Positions 1 to 13,800 are shown, counted from the stretch's first letter. The stretch: 64,000 bases of DNA from Tricharina praecox (GCF_024521635.1 NW_026250403.1:124001-188000); one strand, 5' to 3'. Program-made: numbers and translations. The notes: generated by a model from the letters alone, not told the origin.

Positions 1-87
1 CGTCTTCAGCGTTTTGGTGTCCTCGGTGCCTTCGGCACATCAGTCTGCAGTACACCCGGTTTGTCAGCGGACGTACAAATGTATTCT

Positions 88-3000
88 CTATGAGTGAGAA
101 CCTACAGTCGCCGCGGGACTGGCAACCAGAATCGCTGGAACTTTCTTTCCTTCAAGAAGCTCGCCAACGACCTCTTGGGGCGCCTGTACAATGACTTTCG
201 GCTCTTCCGTGTTTTCCGCATTAGTCGGTACATCTAGGTCCATTTTATTTGCCTCATCGGGTTCCGCAACCTCTTCTTTGTCCGCATCCATATTGGCGTC
301 ACCAGTATCCTCTTCCTCATTCTTATCAAGGTCCATACTGTCATTTTCATTCTCCTTCTGGGCATCCTTGCTGTTGTCTTTAGCGTCCCCATCATCTGCC
401 ATCATAACCTGCGAAAACAAGCGTTTGGAGGGTCTAGCAGAGGGAGATTTGCGTGTATCAGGTTGTTCCTCATCGCTCACCTCTTCTTCTTCGTCCTCTT
501 CTTCCACTTCCACAGCTTTACCTTCATCTTCAACTTCTTCCTCATCGTCCTCTTCCTCGTCTTCCTCTTTCTCATCCTCTTTCTCATCCTCATCCTCATC
601 CTCTTCCACTTCCACTTCCACTTCCACTTCCTCTTCCTCTTCCTTATCCTCATCCTCTTCCTCATCCTCCGACTCGGTCGTATCCCCATCGTCGCTATCA
701 TCTCGCGGCACCTTTCGGGTTGAGCATCGCAGAGTAGGCGACTCACCACCCGGCGGCGTGTCAAACTTGACCCTCTTTGCGCAGGGGACATCTCTATCCA
801 GCATGAGCGGGGGGACCATCTTCTGCTTGATACTCAGGGCCATATTGGCGGTGGGCCCATCCTCTACCGCCGCATCCGCTTCCGTACCTGTGAAACAATG
901 ATCGTGCACCGATTTCCAAAGCTCATTTGACGCGGCGGTAGGCTTGTTCGCTTTGGCTGCACGATTGCACACCTCGGTGACTGCAGCCCAGAGCTGTTTT
1001 GCCAGCTTGTAGTAGCGGAACTCCGTCATGCTGCACACGGCCCGCGCCATGCGCTGGTGGTCTTCGCCTTTGGTCTTTTTGCTGAGCCATGGGTAGTTTG
1101 TGGGTGTGGCGAGACTCTTCTCAGCAACGGTGATGGATGGCACCCCCCTTTTGCTTACTTTCCACTCGAGGTTGAGATATGAGACCACGAAATGCTGCCA
1201 GGCTTCGAATAGGCGCTTCTGCAGGTGTTTCCGCTTCCTAGAATGGAACGTTGTGATATCCAATTTTTTGAGCTTCGGCAGAAAGAATTCGCTCCCAGGC
1301 TTGTCCGAGACACCGGTCTCGACCGGGAATTCATTGGCTGGGAACCACCAGTTAATCCAGCCGTTAGATGTCCTCAGAGTAGCGCTGTCGAGTGCCATCC
1401 ACTCTGTTAATGTCCGTCCATGGCCGGCCGTACCGGGAAGACAGAAGAAGCTGACAAATTGATCGTCTGTAGCCTGATGGTTGCTCTGGTTCCCGATGAG
1501 TTAGCTGCCCCGTGACTTGGTATCAAAAATAGGAGAGGTGGGGATATCAACCTCAGGGTCTGCTGTGTCTTCTCCGGAGTCTTTTGTGTCTCTCTCCGGT
1601 TCCCTGCAGCTTGCAACCTGTCTGCCTGGCGGCTGCATTCCGCTCATGACACAGTAATCGGGTGCGTAAACATACAGCGACTTAGCATCCGGGCCGTGGA
1701 TGTCTTTGATTCCATACTGCCACTGATCCCTTGGACGTTGCCGCGCAAAAGGCTTCATCCCGACACTCTCCTGCATCGTCCCAAACCAGGCATGCGCCGC
1801 GTCGATCTCTTCAACATGGGCGGAGGCCTCAAATGGTGATAGCATGGCAAATTCCCGGACTTGACTTTGCTGAACGCCTTCACGCAAATCCTCTTCCAAT
1901 TCGGATAGGGGATAATTATCTGCGACGTAAGCTTCTAATACCCTGAAGAAATAGACATCTATCTGCCAGGTCATGATCCGTCTCCATATCACCGATTGGT
2001 CACGGAAGCGCTTACTGGGCCTCGGGACCGTGTTGTCTTCCGTTATCTCCAAGAGTGCAGCGTAGAAGATACTGGCTTCGTGCGCAAATCCGATCATCCG
2101 CAGATGCCGCAAGCACCGACTGATATGATCCGGCACTGGTGACGCCTCGTCTTGGGCCCAATTCATACCGCCCATGCCCTTGTGCCAGAAAAGGTAGGTA
2201 CGCCCTTTGGCACTCGACCGCTGCACATGGAACGAAAGCGCAAGCCAGAACCGCCGTAGATTCTCCCAGCTGTGCAGTCGCAGGGTGTTGGTCCGGTCCG
2301 CGTAGTAACGCATGAGAAAGTGCGCAGACAGCAAGGGGAAGCTCTTCTGTACAGGTGAATCACCGCGGATGTATGTGGTTTCTAGCAGGTTGGAACCGTC
2401 GCCGAGCTCGTCCCTTTCGGCCGGGTCCACACGGTCCGGAATCGGAAACATCCAATATGCCCATCGGGTATTGTGTGCGTGGAGGATAACTTCGTCTGAA
2501 TAACTCCCCAGTAATTCCTTTCTAGTGGGCACCTTGTGGACGCCGAGGGTGGTGTTTGAATAGGTGACCGGTTGATCGGCGAGCCAGTTGAGGAGGTGGT
2601 CGTCGGACCAGTGGTTAGCGAGTAGATAATGATGCCGTCGGCCATATCCCAGAGCTTCCACCACCGCCAGCGCATTATCAAGTGCGGGCAGCAAGATCTT
2701 GGGTGAACGCGTCTTCTTCTTATGCCACGTTGGCTCTGGCTCCGCGTCCTCGTCGGACAGTAGCAGCGGTGGTTCACTGTCCCCATCTCTGGCGGCAGCA
2801 AACTCTTCAATGCATTCCGAATCCGAATCCGAAACCATCAGCGGGGGCGTAATCTCCCTTGCCGCAAAATTCTCCACGTCTGGCTTCTGCTTGCCCTTTC
2901 CTTTCGATTTTAAATTATTTCTCTTCTCCTTTTTACTCGTTGCATCATCCCCACTCGCCGGCCGTCCCTGGCCTGCCAGAGCCCTCACGAAGCCCCTATA

Positions 3001-4039
3001 CATCTTGGACTTCATCTCATCGAGGCTACTGAGACAAATCTGGGGCTGCTCCTTCGGCAATCTCGTGGTGATATTCTTATAATCCATCCTGTTCAACCAA
3101 ATTGGATAGGACGTGCTGCCGAGCAGGTTCATGTGGTAGCAATAGTACCGGTGCGAATTTACCAGCGCCGTGAGATCGTAGCTCCTGTACCCCGGTTGCC
3201 ACTGCCACGCATAGTCGAAATCAAAGTCCTCGCCGCAGTGCTGGCACGCCCGCCGCAGGTCGTTCATGAGGAAGTTCCTAATGTGGCGGATTGCCTCCCG
3301 ACGGTGTCTGGGAGTCTCGAAGCCCTCAGCTCTTACCGGGACTGTAATGTCACTCCACGCATTAGCACGCGCCCACAAACAAAACATGAAGAAGAAACTC
3401 ACCTGGCATCTCATCCGCATCGATTTCCATCAGCTGTTCGTCAGTGATGTCGTCCACGTCCGCATCTTTTCCGGCATTAAAGTGCTCCTCGACGAAATGG
3501 CGCATCAACTCGGGGCCAGTGATCCCCTTCGTCTTCCTGAGCTCCCACTCATCGTCGCAGAACATGCAGCCCCGCGTGGTCACCATGCTCAGCATCACGG
3601 CCATCAACCCCATGGTATCCAGCACCTTCTCCTGCCGCGCAAGCATCTCCGCATTCCCAATCACCACCCGGTCCATCAGCGTCCCCACGATCTGCTCCCA
3701 GTGCGCCTCGCGCTCGTACGTCATCACCTTTTGCGCGCCGAGGATCCACGCCCGGGTCACGTCTCCCTCAAGGTTTATGATCAAGTCTTCCTGGCCGCTG
3801 ACCTGCGATGCGAGGGCCATCTGGCGGCCCAGACGAGTGAGGATATCGGGGGCGGCGGGGTCCCCGATCCCCTCCCAGGGCGGGGACCGGGGCGCAATGT
3901 CGTCGAGGATCTTTTGGATCTCGGCGGGCTTGTAGGGGACGGTTTTGGGATCGATGAAGGCAGCCTTGGCTCCGGGTCCGGCTCCGGCCTCTTCGTCGGA
4001 GCCCGAGCCCGGGCTTTCTGTTCTTCCTGAACTCGCCAT
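88..4039 (-). CDS. Large spliced hypothetical protein (~1300 aa): two Zn-finger-like motifs, two tandem divergent OGFr_N-like domains, acidic D/E tract
   Basis: Three ORFs (3362-4069, 1501-3420, 88-1398) join in frame via introns 3402-3342 (GTGAGT..GCTAAT..CAG) and 1551-1486 (GTTGAT..GCTAAC..CAG). Motifs 'HAHNTRWAYWMFP..HISRCLRHLRMIG' and 'GRTLTEWMALD..GWINWWFP..DHQRMARAVCSM' resemble the OGFr 'HxYIQWLFP..HNxLRITRILKSL' pattern. A last intron (~105-45, GCTGAC branch point) may move the stop to position 6. Confidence 0.7.
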
Positions 4040-4741
4040 GTTATGTGGTGTTGATCGGTGGGCGGTCAAGTTTGCCAGAAACCAGCAACGTAGGTCGGAA
4101 GTAGAGATGATGGCGGGCTGCTAATTGATGGGCTGGTCTATATCTCACCTGCTCAGTGTCTACGTTCGCCGGACAAAGGATTGTTTTGACCTTTAGAGTA
4201 GGGCGGAAACGAGAGACAACGCCCTTATGTTTGGTGTCTCAAAGAAACGCGCGAGACAAAGAAACAATCCATTGTTGAGGACCATTATTTCGAGCCTCCG
4301 CGTAGGTATGCTGGGCCAGGTGAGCGTGACGACGGAGAGAAAGAGAGAGAGAGAACACCAGTTATTACCGCATGCGGCCTTTCTGAACTATGACGAAGGC
4401 CAAGACTGAACGCGGTATGACTATATCACCAGACTCCATGGACTTGGGTGATCTCATATGATTGCACCTACCTAAGTAGGTATTTCGACTCACCGTCAGC
4501 GCAATTCCCAAACCCTCCACGGCCAGTATCTATACAAAGTCCCATCGAATAATCACGCTTCCTCCGTCGGCACAACTGCGGAGAGTGAAAAGTAAGATGA
4601 ATTGACGAAAACCCATTTTCCCATCGTAAACCCACCCCTCCGGAAAGCACCGAGGAACTAAAAAAGAAAAACAAGGTAAAACACCCTTCGTACAAAGCCA
4701 CATCCACCTTGACCCAGCCCTCTATCTTCTCTATGGCCAGG

Positions 4742-6739
4742 CTACAGCTTAACGCCTCCCTTCCCTAGACTCCTCCAATCCTCTGGTCCAAACTTGACAT
4801 ACCCCTGGCCAGGAACGGGACACCACCAAACATCCTCAATAGTTCCCTCAGTAACCCCTTCATCCTGCAAAGTGCGCTTGACGATTTTATTATTGCCAGT
4901 TTTCTCGAGCTCCTTGACTACCCTGATAAACACTGGCCTGGCGTATTTCGGGAGAGCCTTGACTGTTTCATCGAGGCCGGCAATGACCCGCTGAATATCC
5001 CATCCGTTGTGCAGGACGATAGCAGCGCATCCGGCCTTTCCATCGTGTTGAGGCAGGGTAATACCGTAGACGGCACACTCTTCGATTCCCGGGTGGGTGC
5101 CCAGCACACTGGCGACTTCGGCGGTGGAAACATTCTCGCTCTTCCATCTGAACGTGTCGCCGATGCGGTCCATAAAGTACCATAGGCCGTCCTTATCTCT
5201 CCGCTGCAGATCACCGGTGCGGAACCACGCGTCGCCCTTCACGAAGCAGTCACGCAGAACTTTACTGTCGCTGGCCTTTTCGTTTCCGAAGTAGCCTTGG
5301 AAGCGGGCCTTGATATCGTTGGCGTCCAGTTTCCACATGAGCTCTCCCGGTTCGCCGGCTGGGCATTCAACTACGAAACCGGTTTTCGGATCACGGTAGG
5401 GCAGTTCGGTGTCGTAGTCCAGCTTTACAATTTTTGTGCCGCTGCCGAGAATGAGATTCGTCAGTGCACCGTTTTTGCCGATTGCGCCGATCCCGAATTC
5501 TCCGGTTTGGAGATGCCAAGAGCCGGACATGCCCTCGGTTGAGGCGTAGAATTCAGCTATGGCAGGGATACCGAAGCGCTGCTTGAATTCTCTCCATACG
5601 TCGGGGCGTAGACCGTTGCCGAAGGCGATGCGGACATTGTGATTGGTGTCATCTGGGGATGGCGGTGCGGTGAGGAGGTAGCGACATGTCTCGCCGACGT
5701 ATTGGAAGATGGTTGCTTTGGTATCCCGCAGCTCACCGATTGTGCGTTTTATACTGAATTTGTGTCCAAGACATACCGTAGCGCCGGCCAAGAGAGCGGT
5801 GTTGACACCGAGAACAGCGGCCGAGGTGTGGTACAAAGGCATGGATGTGTAGAACCGATCCGACTTCTTCATCCCCATCCATCGCATCGTGAAGCCCGTG
5901 CTATGATTAATCTTGTGCCAGCTCACCACCGCCGGCTTCGGCATTCCCGTCGTGCCGGAGGTATAAATCAGGATCGCAGGATCAGGAAGCAGAGCATACG
6001 ACCGCTCCTCGTCCGGTGGTCGCTCGCCGCGCCACGTCGCTACACCCGCCGCCGTGTGCGCGTCAAAGATCACCACCCTCCTCTTTCCACCATCCTCGAG
6101 CGCCTCCTTCGTCGTCGGCTCCCGCACCGCCGCGGCCACCTCCTCGTCGACCAGCAGCAGACTGGCTGTCGAAGCCTTGACACAGTGCACCAATCTTTCG
6201 CCCTCCAAGTTGTAATTCAAAAACGCCGGCGTAGCACCCAGTGCCCAGAGACCGAACCAAAGCCACAAAAACTCAGGCTTGTTCGTAAAATCCATCGCCA
6301 CGATCTCCTTGCGCTTGACGCCGTGTCGCTCCTTGAGCCACGTCGCATACTTCAGCACGATCTCGTATGCCGCCTTGTAGGACCATTCCTGGCCCTGGTA
6401 GACCAGGAACGCTTTATCGCGCACCGCCGGATTGGAGTCTAAGGCGCGCTCCTCGAGCCGGTAGAAGGTATTCAGTCTGCCGCTTCGCTGCTTCATGTGC
6501 ATCGCAATGGTGGAGGCGGCGACGGGGTAGATAAGGAAATAGTCGTGGACGAGGAGGTATTTCGCATCGAGGTAGGCGAACGCCGCAGCGGCGGGCAAGG
6601 CCGCACCGAGGAGGAGTTGTGACGCCGACGCTGGTAATGAATGTTAGTTGGGACTCTATAAGTGTCGTGCAAATAGAGCGCTGATTGCCTTGCTGCAAGG
6701 CGGAGGTGAATAATGACGGGGGTGTCGCGTACCTGACAT
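4742..6739 (-). CDS. FAT1: Fatty acid transport protein / very-long-chain acyl-CoA synthetase (FATP family)
   Basis: AMP-binding motif IYTSGTTGMPK, YVGETCRYL, FATP motif GDAWFRTGDL..YFMDRIGDTFRWKSENVST; 7-nt first exon (ATG at 6739) and intron 6732-6631; C-terminus -VKL. Confidence 0.92.
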
Positions 6740-9179
6740 TGTTTGGAATAACGATTATCCGGGGGAAGATGCCGTGTTTTCGAAGAGTAATCCGCGTCGA
6801 AGGTAACGCGAGTCGATCCACGAGTTTCGTGGTTCGGGAGTCGGCGCTTCAGAGAGTTTTTAGAAGGGGTGCACAGCCTTTAAATAACGTACGGAGCTGG
6901 AGGACGCAGCGAACCACGGCAGGTTGCGGCTGGCAGCAGAGGCGAAGGTGCGTGAGGTAAACGGGCAAAAACACTTTCAATGGCTGGGATGGTGGGGGTG
7001 GGAATCAAATTGAAAGGGGAAAGCATGAAGACACGGAGCGAGGAAAGGACTGTGGTGGATGGTTAGAGGAAACGATGTGGTGTACGAGTAGATATCCATA
7101 TCCGCGTGGATCATTTGGCCAAAGCCACCTTCCCGAAGTCCAGTCCATTTACCGTGGCACGCGCAAGCGATGCCGAGGTCCGTTGCCAAGAGTGGCACGA
7201 CTCACGAGCTCTGTTCACTAACTACGAACAGGGCAGCTAATAACTAGCAGCATTTAGTGACTGCAACTGCTGCGTTCGCTCCCTGGGAGCCGAGCGATCA
7301 ACACTTCCACGATGCATGTGGAGAATCCAGCCTTACACTAGAGCAGCCACTTCCACAGCGTCAATTTCTGGGCACGCAACCGCACTCCGCACTTCACATC
7401 GGGCTCGTAATGCGGCTGAGCACTTTATGTGAGTCCCCAACAAAAAACGACTGAATGTTCAAGCCTCGAGATCTTCCATGTGAAGGCAAGAGCAAGAGAA
7501 AAAGGTCATCACATTATGACAAGCAACAATCGGTTGGCCTATACCCAGGCACTTGGTACTCAATGGCATCGTTGGATACCTTCAACGACAATGTCCCGCC
7601 CTTCGCCGAACAATTGGTTTTGCACATACATCTGCTCATCGTTATCAGCGATTAGCCAAACGTGGCGTTCTTCATAGTAGGCCGAAGCGGGCTGAAACTC
7701 AACCGTTGCCGTCGTATGGCCGTAGGTAATATGTGAATCATTTCCTATGGTTGGGGGTGCCTAGTACCAATATCTAGTGACCGGAAAAAGGATCATTTAT
7801 CACACAAGGTTACGTGAGTTGAAGTCAGGCTCTCTTCAAAAAGGCCCGCCATAATCTCCATAGGTTAACCGGGAGAAAAACAAAAAACTCTGATACCACG
7901 CCGCCATTTGAAGCAGAACCCCATACAAATATCGCTCAGCGGAGGTACATACCTAGTCGGAGAAAATATGTATTCGCCCGATGCACAACAGCCGTAGCCG
8001 CCTGGATTAAATCTATGTACCAAGTTATAGACCCATAGTAGCTCTGGAGACTGACCACGGTTTGTAGGAGGGGCGGTACTAGTATCCAATGACTGCGATG
8101 GTAAGTAGTGGACGGGGATGCACCGATATCGGCAGCAGCACCTTCGCCATCGTATCTCGCAACGGCGGGATCGGGAGTGGAAGCAGCAGAGGACTTACTA
8201 GTACGCTCGCTCTTATCACAGACCATCTGCCCGTCGAGTGACATTCTTCGATCGCACAGCTGCGCTGTTGGAACGAGTGCTAGAATGTGGAAATATCTAA
8301 TGATGGAGGGAGCCGTAGAGGTCGAGAGTGGTAGACCCCAACAAAGTTACTACTAATAGAATCCATCAAGTCGTAGATGTAAGAGGTAGTGGAGAGGCAT
8401 GTACATAAGAATGATGAGAGTGTAAGTGAGGGTTCGACTCGTTCATGTGCATTATTCGGTATGACGGAGTCGCCGGATGTGAAGTTAAAGGTGAGAATCG
8501 CTGGGCTACCAGGTATGGAGGTTGAAGGAAAGCGTCGTGAGAAGTCAGTGGGAACCTCTGTTTGAAGCTTCCTGAAGAACGAGTGATGTCTGCGAGCGTG
8601 ATTAGGACCAAACTATCATAAGTCCCCTTGGTCTCTTGTACCGTATATAGGTCCCGGGAAATGGGAGATTCCGACTGCCTTGCCGAGTGACCGATACTTT
8701 AAAACGAGTGGTGAGTTTTGTTGCCGTATTTACGTACCGGGGACTTGGAATTGTGAATTTCAACCACCTACATATGTGGCGCACCACTTCTCCTTTACCT
8801 CTTTGCACCTTAGACAGTCGACACCTTCGCCATACCGTACACACCCCTTGCTTCCCGGTGCAAATATCTTCCTTCATTCTTCATTATGGCGGGTTTGAAC
8901 CGGCTACAAGTGCGTAGGTAGGTGGCTATCAAACGACTCGCAGTAAATGAAACAACTCAACGACGATGCTAACTCCGGCAGGAGTGCACCCACTGTCCCA
9001 TACGTAAACTACCTGTAGTAAGGACCATTCATCGTCTCCTGGGTGAAGTGCAATACCACCTGGTTATTCCCAAATCTACATACCGCTCGTGCACTCGTGC
9101 ACTCTTGATCACTTCCCTTTCACGCACCGACCCACCAGGCCTCAGCGGCCAACAGAGCAGCAAAAGAGGCGCAAAAGAG

Positions 9180-9265
9180 CGACCACAATGGGACTCGAAC
9201 CCACAACCTCGGACTGTATCTTATATGGATAGGAGGTCCGCGCGCTACCATTGCGCCATGCAGCC
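9180..9265 (-). tRNA. tRNA-Arg(CCT) with 14-nt intron, copy 1
   Basis: Reverse complement GGCTGCA TGGCGCAATGGTAGCGC G CGGAC CT-CCT-A [TCCATATAAGATAC] A GTCCG AGGTT GTGGG TTCGAGT CCCAT TGTGGTC G folds to a 72-nt cloverleaf after intron removal; A and B boxes present; T-run terminator downstream. Confidence 0.95.
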
Positions 9266-9935
9266 ATCTTGTTGATGACGCTAGCAATTCTCCACCCTCA
9301 TTGTAATGTCTGGGGCAGATGGTAAGTTCTGGCTGTATGTAGTGGAGCACGAACGGGCAGGAGTGTGCTGTGGTGTGCTGTTCTCGTCGCCTTTCGATTG
9401 GCTGGCGGAGGAGGATGGGGTTGTCGTGGTTGTCGTGGTTCCGTCTCGCCGGCGTTCAGTGTTCACTGCCTGGATGCTCCCGCGGCTCACCCAGTCATCA
9501 ACTTCACCTCAGCGTGGGTTCATAAACTATAGGCCACCCACGCCATCCTGAAGAGAACCCTTATCTGGATCCGGAATGATAATTCGTCTTCACTTACACA
9601 TCACCCACCGGATGTCGGACGCCGAAGACGCCGAAGTGTGCTTATATAATCCGGATTTGTTGGGTCGGCCGCCCCGCCCTCTCATGCGCATGGATATCGC
9701 CGGCACTATGAATACGCCAACACAAACTAGCAGGCATGCAAGTGACGTTTTCCTGCATCGGTTGCCTGTGATCGGCCGGTGTTACCGGATTTCGAGGTGC
9801 CTCGGTACTCGGACTGCCATGGTGTTGGTCAGCACCGGGCACCGTTGGTTAATTGGAGCTTGGGGGATTGAGCTTGGAGGATGGAGCTTGGGGATGGAGC
9901 ATGGGAATTCGGTAGGACGTTACGGCTTCCTCACG

Positions 9936-10005
9936 AAACAGCTTTCACCAAATTAATGTTTGCAAAATAAAAACAGCTTTCACCAAATTAATGTTTGCAA
10001 AATAA
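9936..10005. repeat. Exact 35-bp tandem duplication
   Basis: AAACAGCTTTCACCAAATTAATGTTTGCAAAATAA twice, head to tail, downstream of the acyl-CoA dehydrogenase stop. Confidence 0.9.
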
Positions 10006-10168
10006 AGATACTTCTTAGGTATTGTGCACCAAAATAACCAATTGAGTACAAATACAAGTCTGCGTTCGCCCAGCGACTGTCTTGCTCGACGCACGCCCGC
10101 AAAAAAAACAAAAACCGCATTAAACACGTAAAGAGCATCTATAACCCTCCCCCACAGCAGCTCTATAT

Positions 10169-12152
10169 TTACAGCTTCATCCCCATAGCCTCATGCACCT
10201 TTAGACTCTGTCTAATCGACAGATCAGCCATGATCTCCTCCGAGCCACCGGGGATGGCGTATCCCCGGACATCACGGTACAGTCTCTCGACCTTCGCACC
10301 GACACCTCCCTTGGTGTAACCGATACCACCGAAGATCTGGACGGCCTCTCGCGCGCAGAATTCGAATGTGACCGTTGCCTGCACCTTGAGACCGGCGATA
10401 GCGCCTCCAAGCTTCAGCATCGCCTCGTGCTCGCCCATCGCTCCGCACTGGTAGATGATGTTCTCAAGCCAGTTGTGGGTGGCTTCGACCTGGCGGGCCA
10501 TGTGTGCAAACTATACTATCTGTCAGCGGCGGAGTGGCAAAGAAGTGAGGGTAAAGTACGGACCTTCATGCGGATGACGGGGTGCTCAATCAGCTTCTTG
10601 CCGAATGTGCGGCGTTTGTTGGCGTACTTCATCGCCTCCTCGTACAACACACGCGAGAAGCGGTTGCACTGGATGATGATGCCGACACGCTCGTGGTTGA
10701 AGTTGGTCATGATGACCTTGAAGCCGGCATTCTCCCTTCCGATCAAGTTCTCAACGGGGACCTTGACGTCCTCGAAAGTGATGTAGGTGGTCCCGGAGCC
10801 GTGGACACCCTGGCAGTCCATCTCGCGTGTGGTGACGCCCTCGGAGCGCTCGATGAGCAGGACGGAAACACCGCCCATGCCGGGGCCGCCAGTGCGCACT
10901 GCGACGGTGAAGTAGTCCGCCCAGATACCGTTGGTGATCCACTTCTTCTCGCCGTTGACGATGTAATGCTTGCCGTCCTCAGTCTTCTTTGCCTCACAGG
11001 TGAGGTTAGCAACATCGGAGCCCGCGTCAGGCTCGGTAATAGCCAAGCATATCCGCTTGTCTCCTGCGAGGATACCAGGGACGATGCGCTCCTTGAGTGC
11101 TTTCTGTGCGTACTTCATCACCGGAGGAAGACCAATCGCGTAACCCCCAATCTGGTTCCAAACGAATCCTCCGGAACCGGTGCGGCAGATCTCGTCGGTG
11201 ACGACAAACTCGTGGAATAGATCCCACTTCTCCGGGGGAACGGAGGCAACGCGGTGGGAGGTAAGCTCGGTTGGGTATCCCATGCCAAGCAGACTGTTGA
11301 CAGTGTTAGCACACATTGTCCTAGCTGATTCGAAGAAGCATCATACCCGGCGAGATATCCTCTTGTGCCCATCTCCTTGTAAATCTCGTGCGGCACAAAC
11401 TTGTTCTTCTCCCAATCGTTGAGATAAGGCTCACACTTCTCCTCGATAAAGTCGCGAACTTCCTTCCGCAGTGCCGCGTGCGATTCGTTGTAGTATGGGG
11501 AATGGTACTGGATTCATTAGCAACCTTCACCTCGCCGTAATGGATTGAAAAACTCACGCCCTGATACCATGCTGGATCTCCGAATGGAACCAAATCTCCA
11601 AACGGCTCCAAGCTCTCCTTCAGCTCCGCCTCTGCAGCCACCACGGGAGCAGCGGGACCGGCCTGCATCGGCACGACCTTTGCCTCGATCTTCTTAGGCT
11701 CCTCTTTGGGTGCTGGGGGAGGTGCCTTTCCTTCCAACGATCCGATCTGTAGCTGCGCCTTGTATTTCTTGAGAATTGACCTATGAACGCGTTCCTGTCA
11801 GCGTCGCGTTCCAATCATCCCGGACCTCTACAGCTTTGTAGAAGAAAAAACACGGGTGGGACGCACTCATTGTGGTATTTCCAAAACTGTTTCGAAGCAT
11901 CCTTTCCGCCCACTCGCTGCAGGATCTTCTTCCCACCGGGGTGCTCCTCCGCGAACTATACCCAAGCACTGATGTCAGCCTCACAATCACGGGTTCGGAT
12001 ACCCTCGGCTCAGCCGGTTACCGCCAACACCGCCACCGACAACGCGAGAAACTAACCTTTGTCACGTCGTAAACATCGTCGTCGACAATGATCCAAAGCG
12101 ACTCGGGCTTCTTGTGCTCTGCCACCTCGGACTGCTTGAAAACCTTCGACAT
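10169..12152 (-). CDS. Acyl-CoA dehydrogenase with N-terminal cytochrome b5-like domain (multi-intron)
   Basis: N-terminus [41 protein letters not shown] (b5 HPGG); [47 protein letters not shown] are ACAD motifs; several GT-AG introns; ends -MKL. Confidence 0.93.
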
Positions 12153-13631
12153 CGTGTGTTGGAGTATCAGTTGGCGACTTTGATTCTATGCGGTGGGTCT
12201 AGTAGTCGTGTATGTATGGACGGCGAAGTTATGTGTGGCGTGAGTGAGACAAGCAAGAGAGAGAGGGAGAGAGAGAGCAGGTGAGCAAGTCTTTGGATGA
12301 GAGGAAGACCGAAGGAGGAACGGCGCTTTATTACTCAAGCGAAAGAAAAAACTGGTCAGCGTACTTATGATAGGTACACTGCTAACTACCTGGGCATGTG
12401 ACGGGGTGTGACGGGGAATCCTGCGGGCGAAACTTGTCAGGATGATGAGTCGTGGTTGTTGGGGGATGACCACGAGTTAGTTGGTGTGGGGTTGCCGATA
12501 CTCCGGCTCGGTAAACAGCTGCGGGTCCCATGGAGACTGGAGCACGGCGTGCGCGCGCGCGGTCCGAGGCAGGGATATTGGCATGTGAAAATCAATGCTC
12601 CTTGGCCAGTGGACACTGGACACATCTCGGCCCAAGCTTCGGCCGGGCGGCAGGGAGCCATTTCCATCTTTCAACAGCAAAACCGAGACAATCGCGGTCG
12701 CGGTCGCGGCCAAAAGTTATTCCATCTCCTTCCTGATAATGGAGTAGGTACTGTACACATTACATGTAGAGTGCCTTCACCCCGGGAGCGTGAGAGCAAC
12801 AGGATCGATAGATACCGAACCGGCGATTTCCTTCAAGCATCCAGGACCATGAACACTCGTTTCTCGGTTGGACAGCAAGAATTTGCGATGACAGGGCTTG
12901 CCGTGCAGGGCTTGCGACAACCCTGTCGTCGGGCATTAAGGCTACTCATCGTGCAGCACTCGTTATGTTGCACTCACCAATCCAACTGATCCAATGATGG
13001 CTCGCTTTCATAGTTTAGTAAGGCCGTATGCTTACAGGCACGTTCCCAACTTTCGATGGTAGCATTGGTACAAACAAAATCTTCATGGATGGCCGCCAAC
13101 CTATTATACGAGCTACCTGGCTCAACGGAGAGAGGCTTTAGCGACCTGTCAGAGTTGCACCCCTCAGGTTATGATAGTATGTCGAAGTTTATGAAAGCAA
13201 AACTTCTGCCTTCATGCTATTTAAATTTCTCCAGTTATTGGCCAACAATCCGCTAGCTGTTGATGTTGTGAATATACGATGGGAGAGAGTATACTGAGAT
13301 AATAGATGATGTTGATTGCTTAGAGAATAGAAAGGAGCTCGGTACAAGACGGGGGTATGGTGATAGCTATGGTGATGCCAAGCCTGAAATGAGACAGTCT
13401 AGGCCAGAATATATAATTGATATTCTTTGGCCTCGAGTGACTTTACATGACCCTCTGTTCTTAACAATAAGGGCATAGTTCAGGTAGAAAACTGCCCACA
13501 AAGGACAGGACGACTTCAATGTCTATCAAGACTTCACCTCCATCTACATAAGCGGTACCACTAGAAATAGTAAAACTGAAAATCCTTGAAATGAAGAATG
13601 AAAAGAAATGTCATGAAAAAGAAAAAAAAAC

Positions 13632-13800
13632 AAGCAGAAATTACCGCGAAAGGTAGGAAGAAAAAGCAAGCCAAGAGCGTGAACAAAGGGTAATCTGTAG
13701 GAAAGTAAAGCAGAAATTACCACGAAGGGTAGAAAAGAAAAAAGCAAGACAAGAACCTGAACAAAGGGTAAACTGTAGAAAAGTAAAGCTGAATCACCGT
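13632..13800. repeat. Imperfect ~76-78 bp purine-rich tandem repeat (2 units plus a partial third)
   Basis: AAGCAGAAATTACC..GAACAAAGGGTAA.CTGTAG.AAAGTA starts at 13632 and 13708, partial unit at 13786. Confidence 0.8.

Noticed and set aside
191-901. Long Ser-rich and other alternative-frame ORFs (also 18917-20116, 24856-25860, 45154-46485, 53182-54183)
   Set aside because: Antisense or frame shadows of real genes in GC-rich, low-complexity sequence; no independent motifs.
7200-9100. Cluster of short ORFs between FAT1 and the first tRNA
   Set aside because: No recognisable motifs or consistent splice pattern; may be decayed sequence but I cannot support a call.
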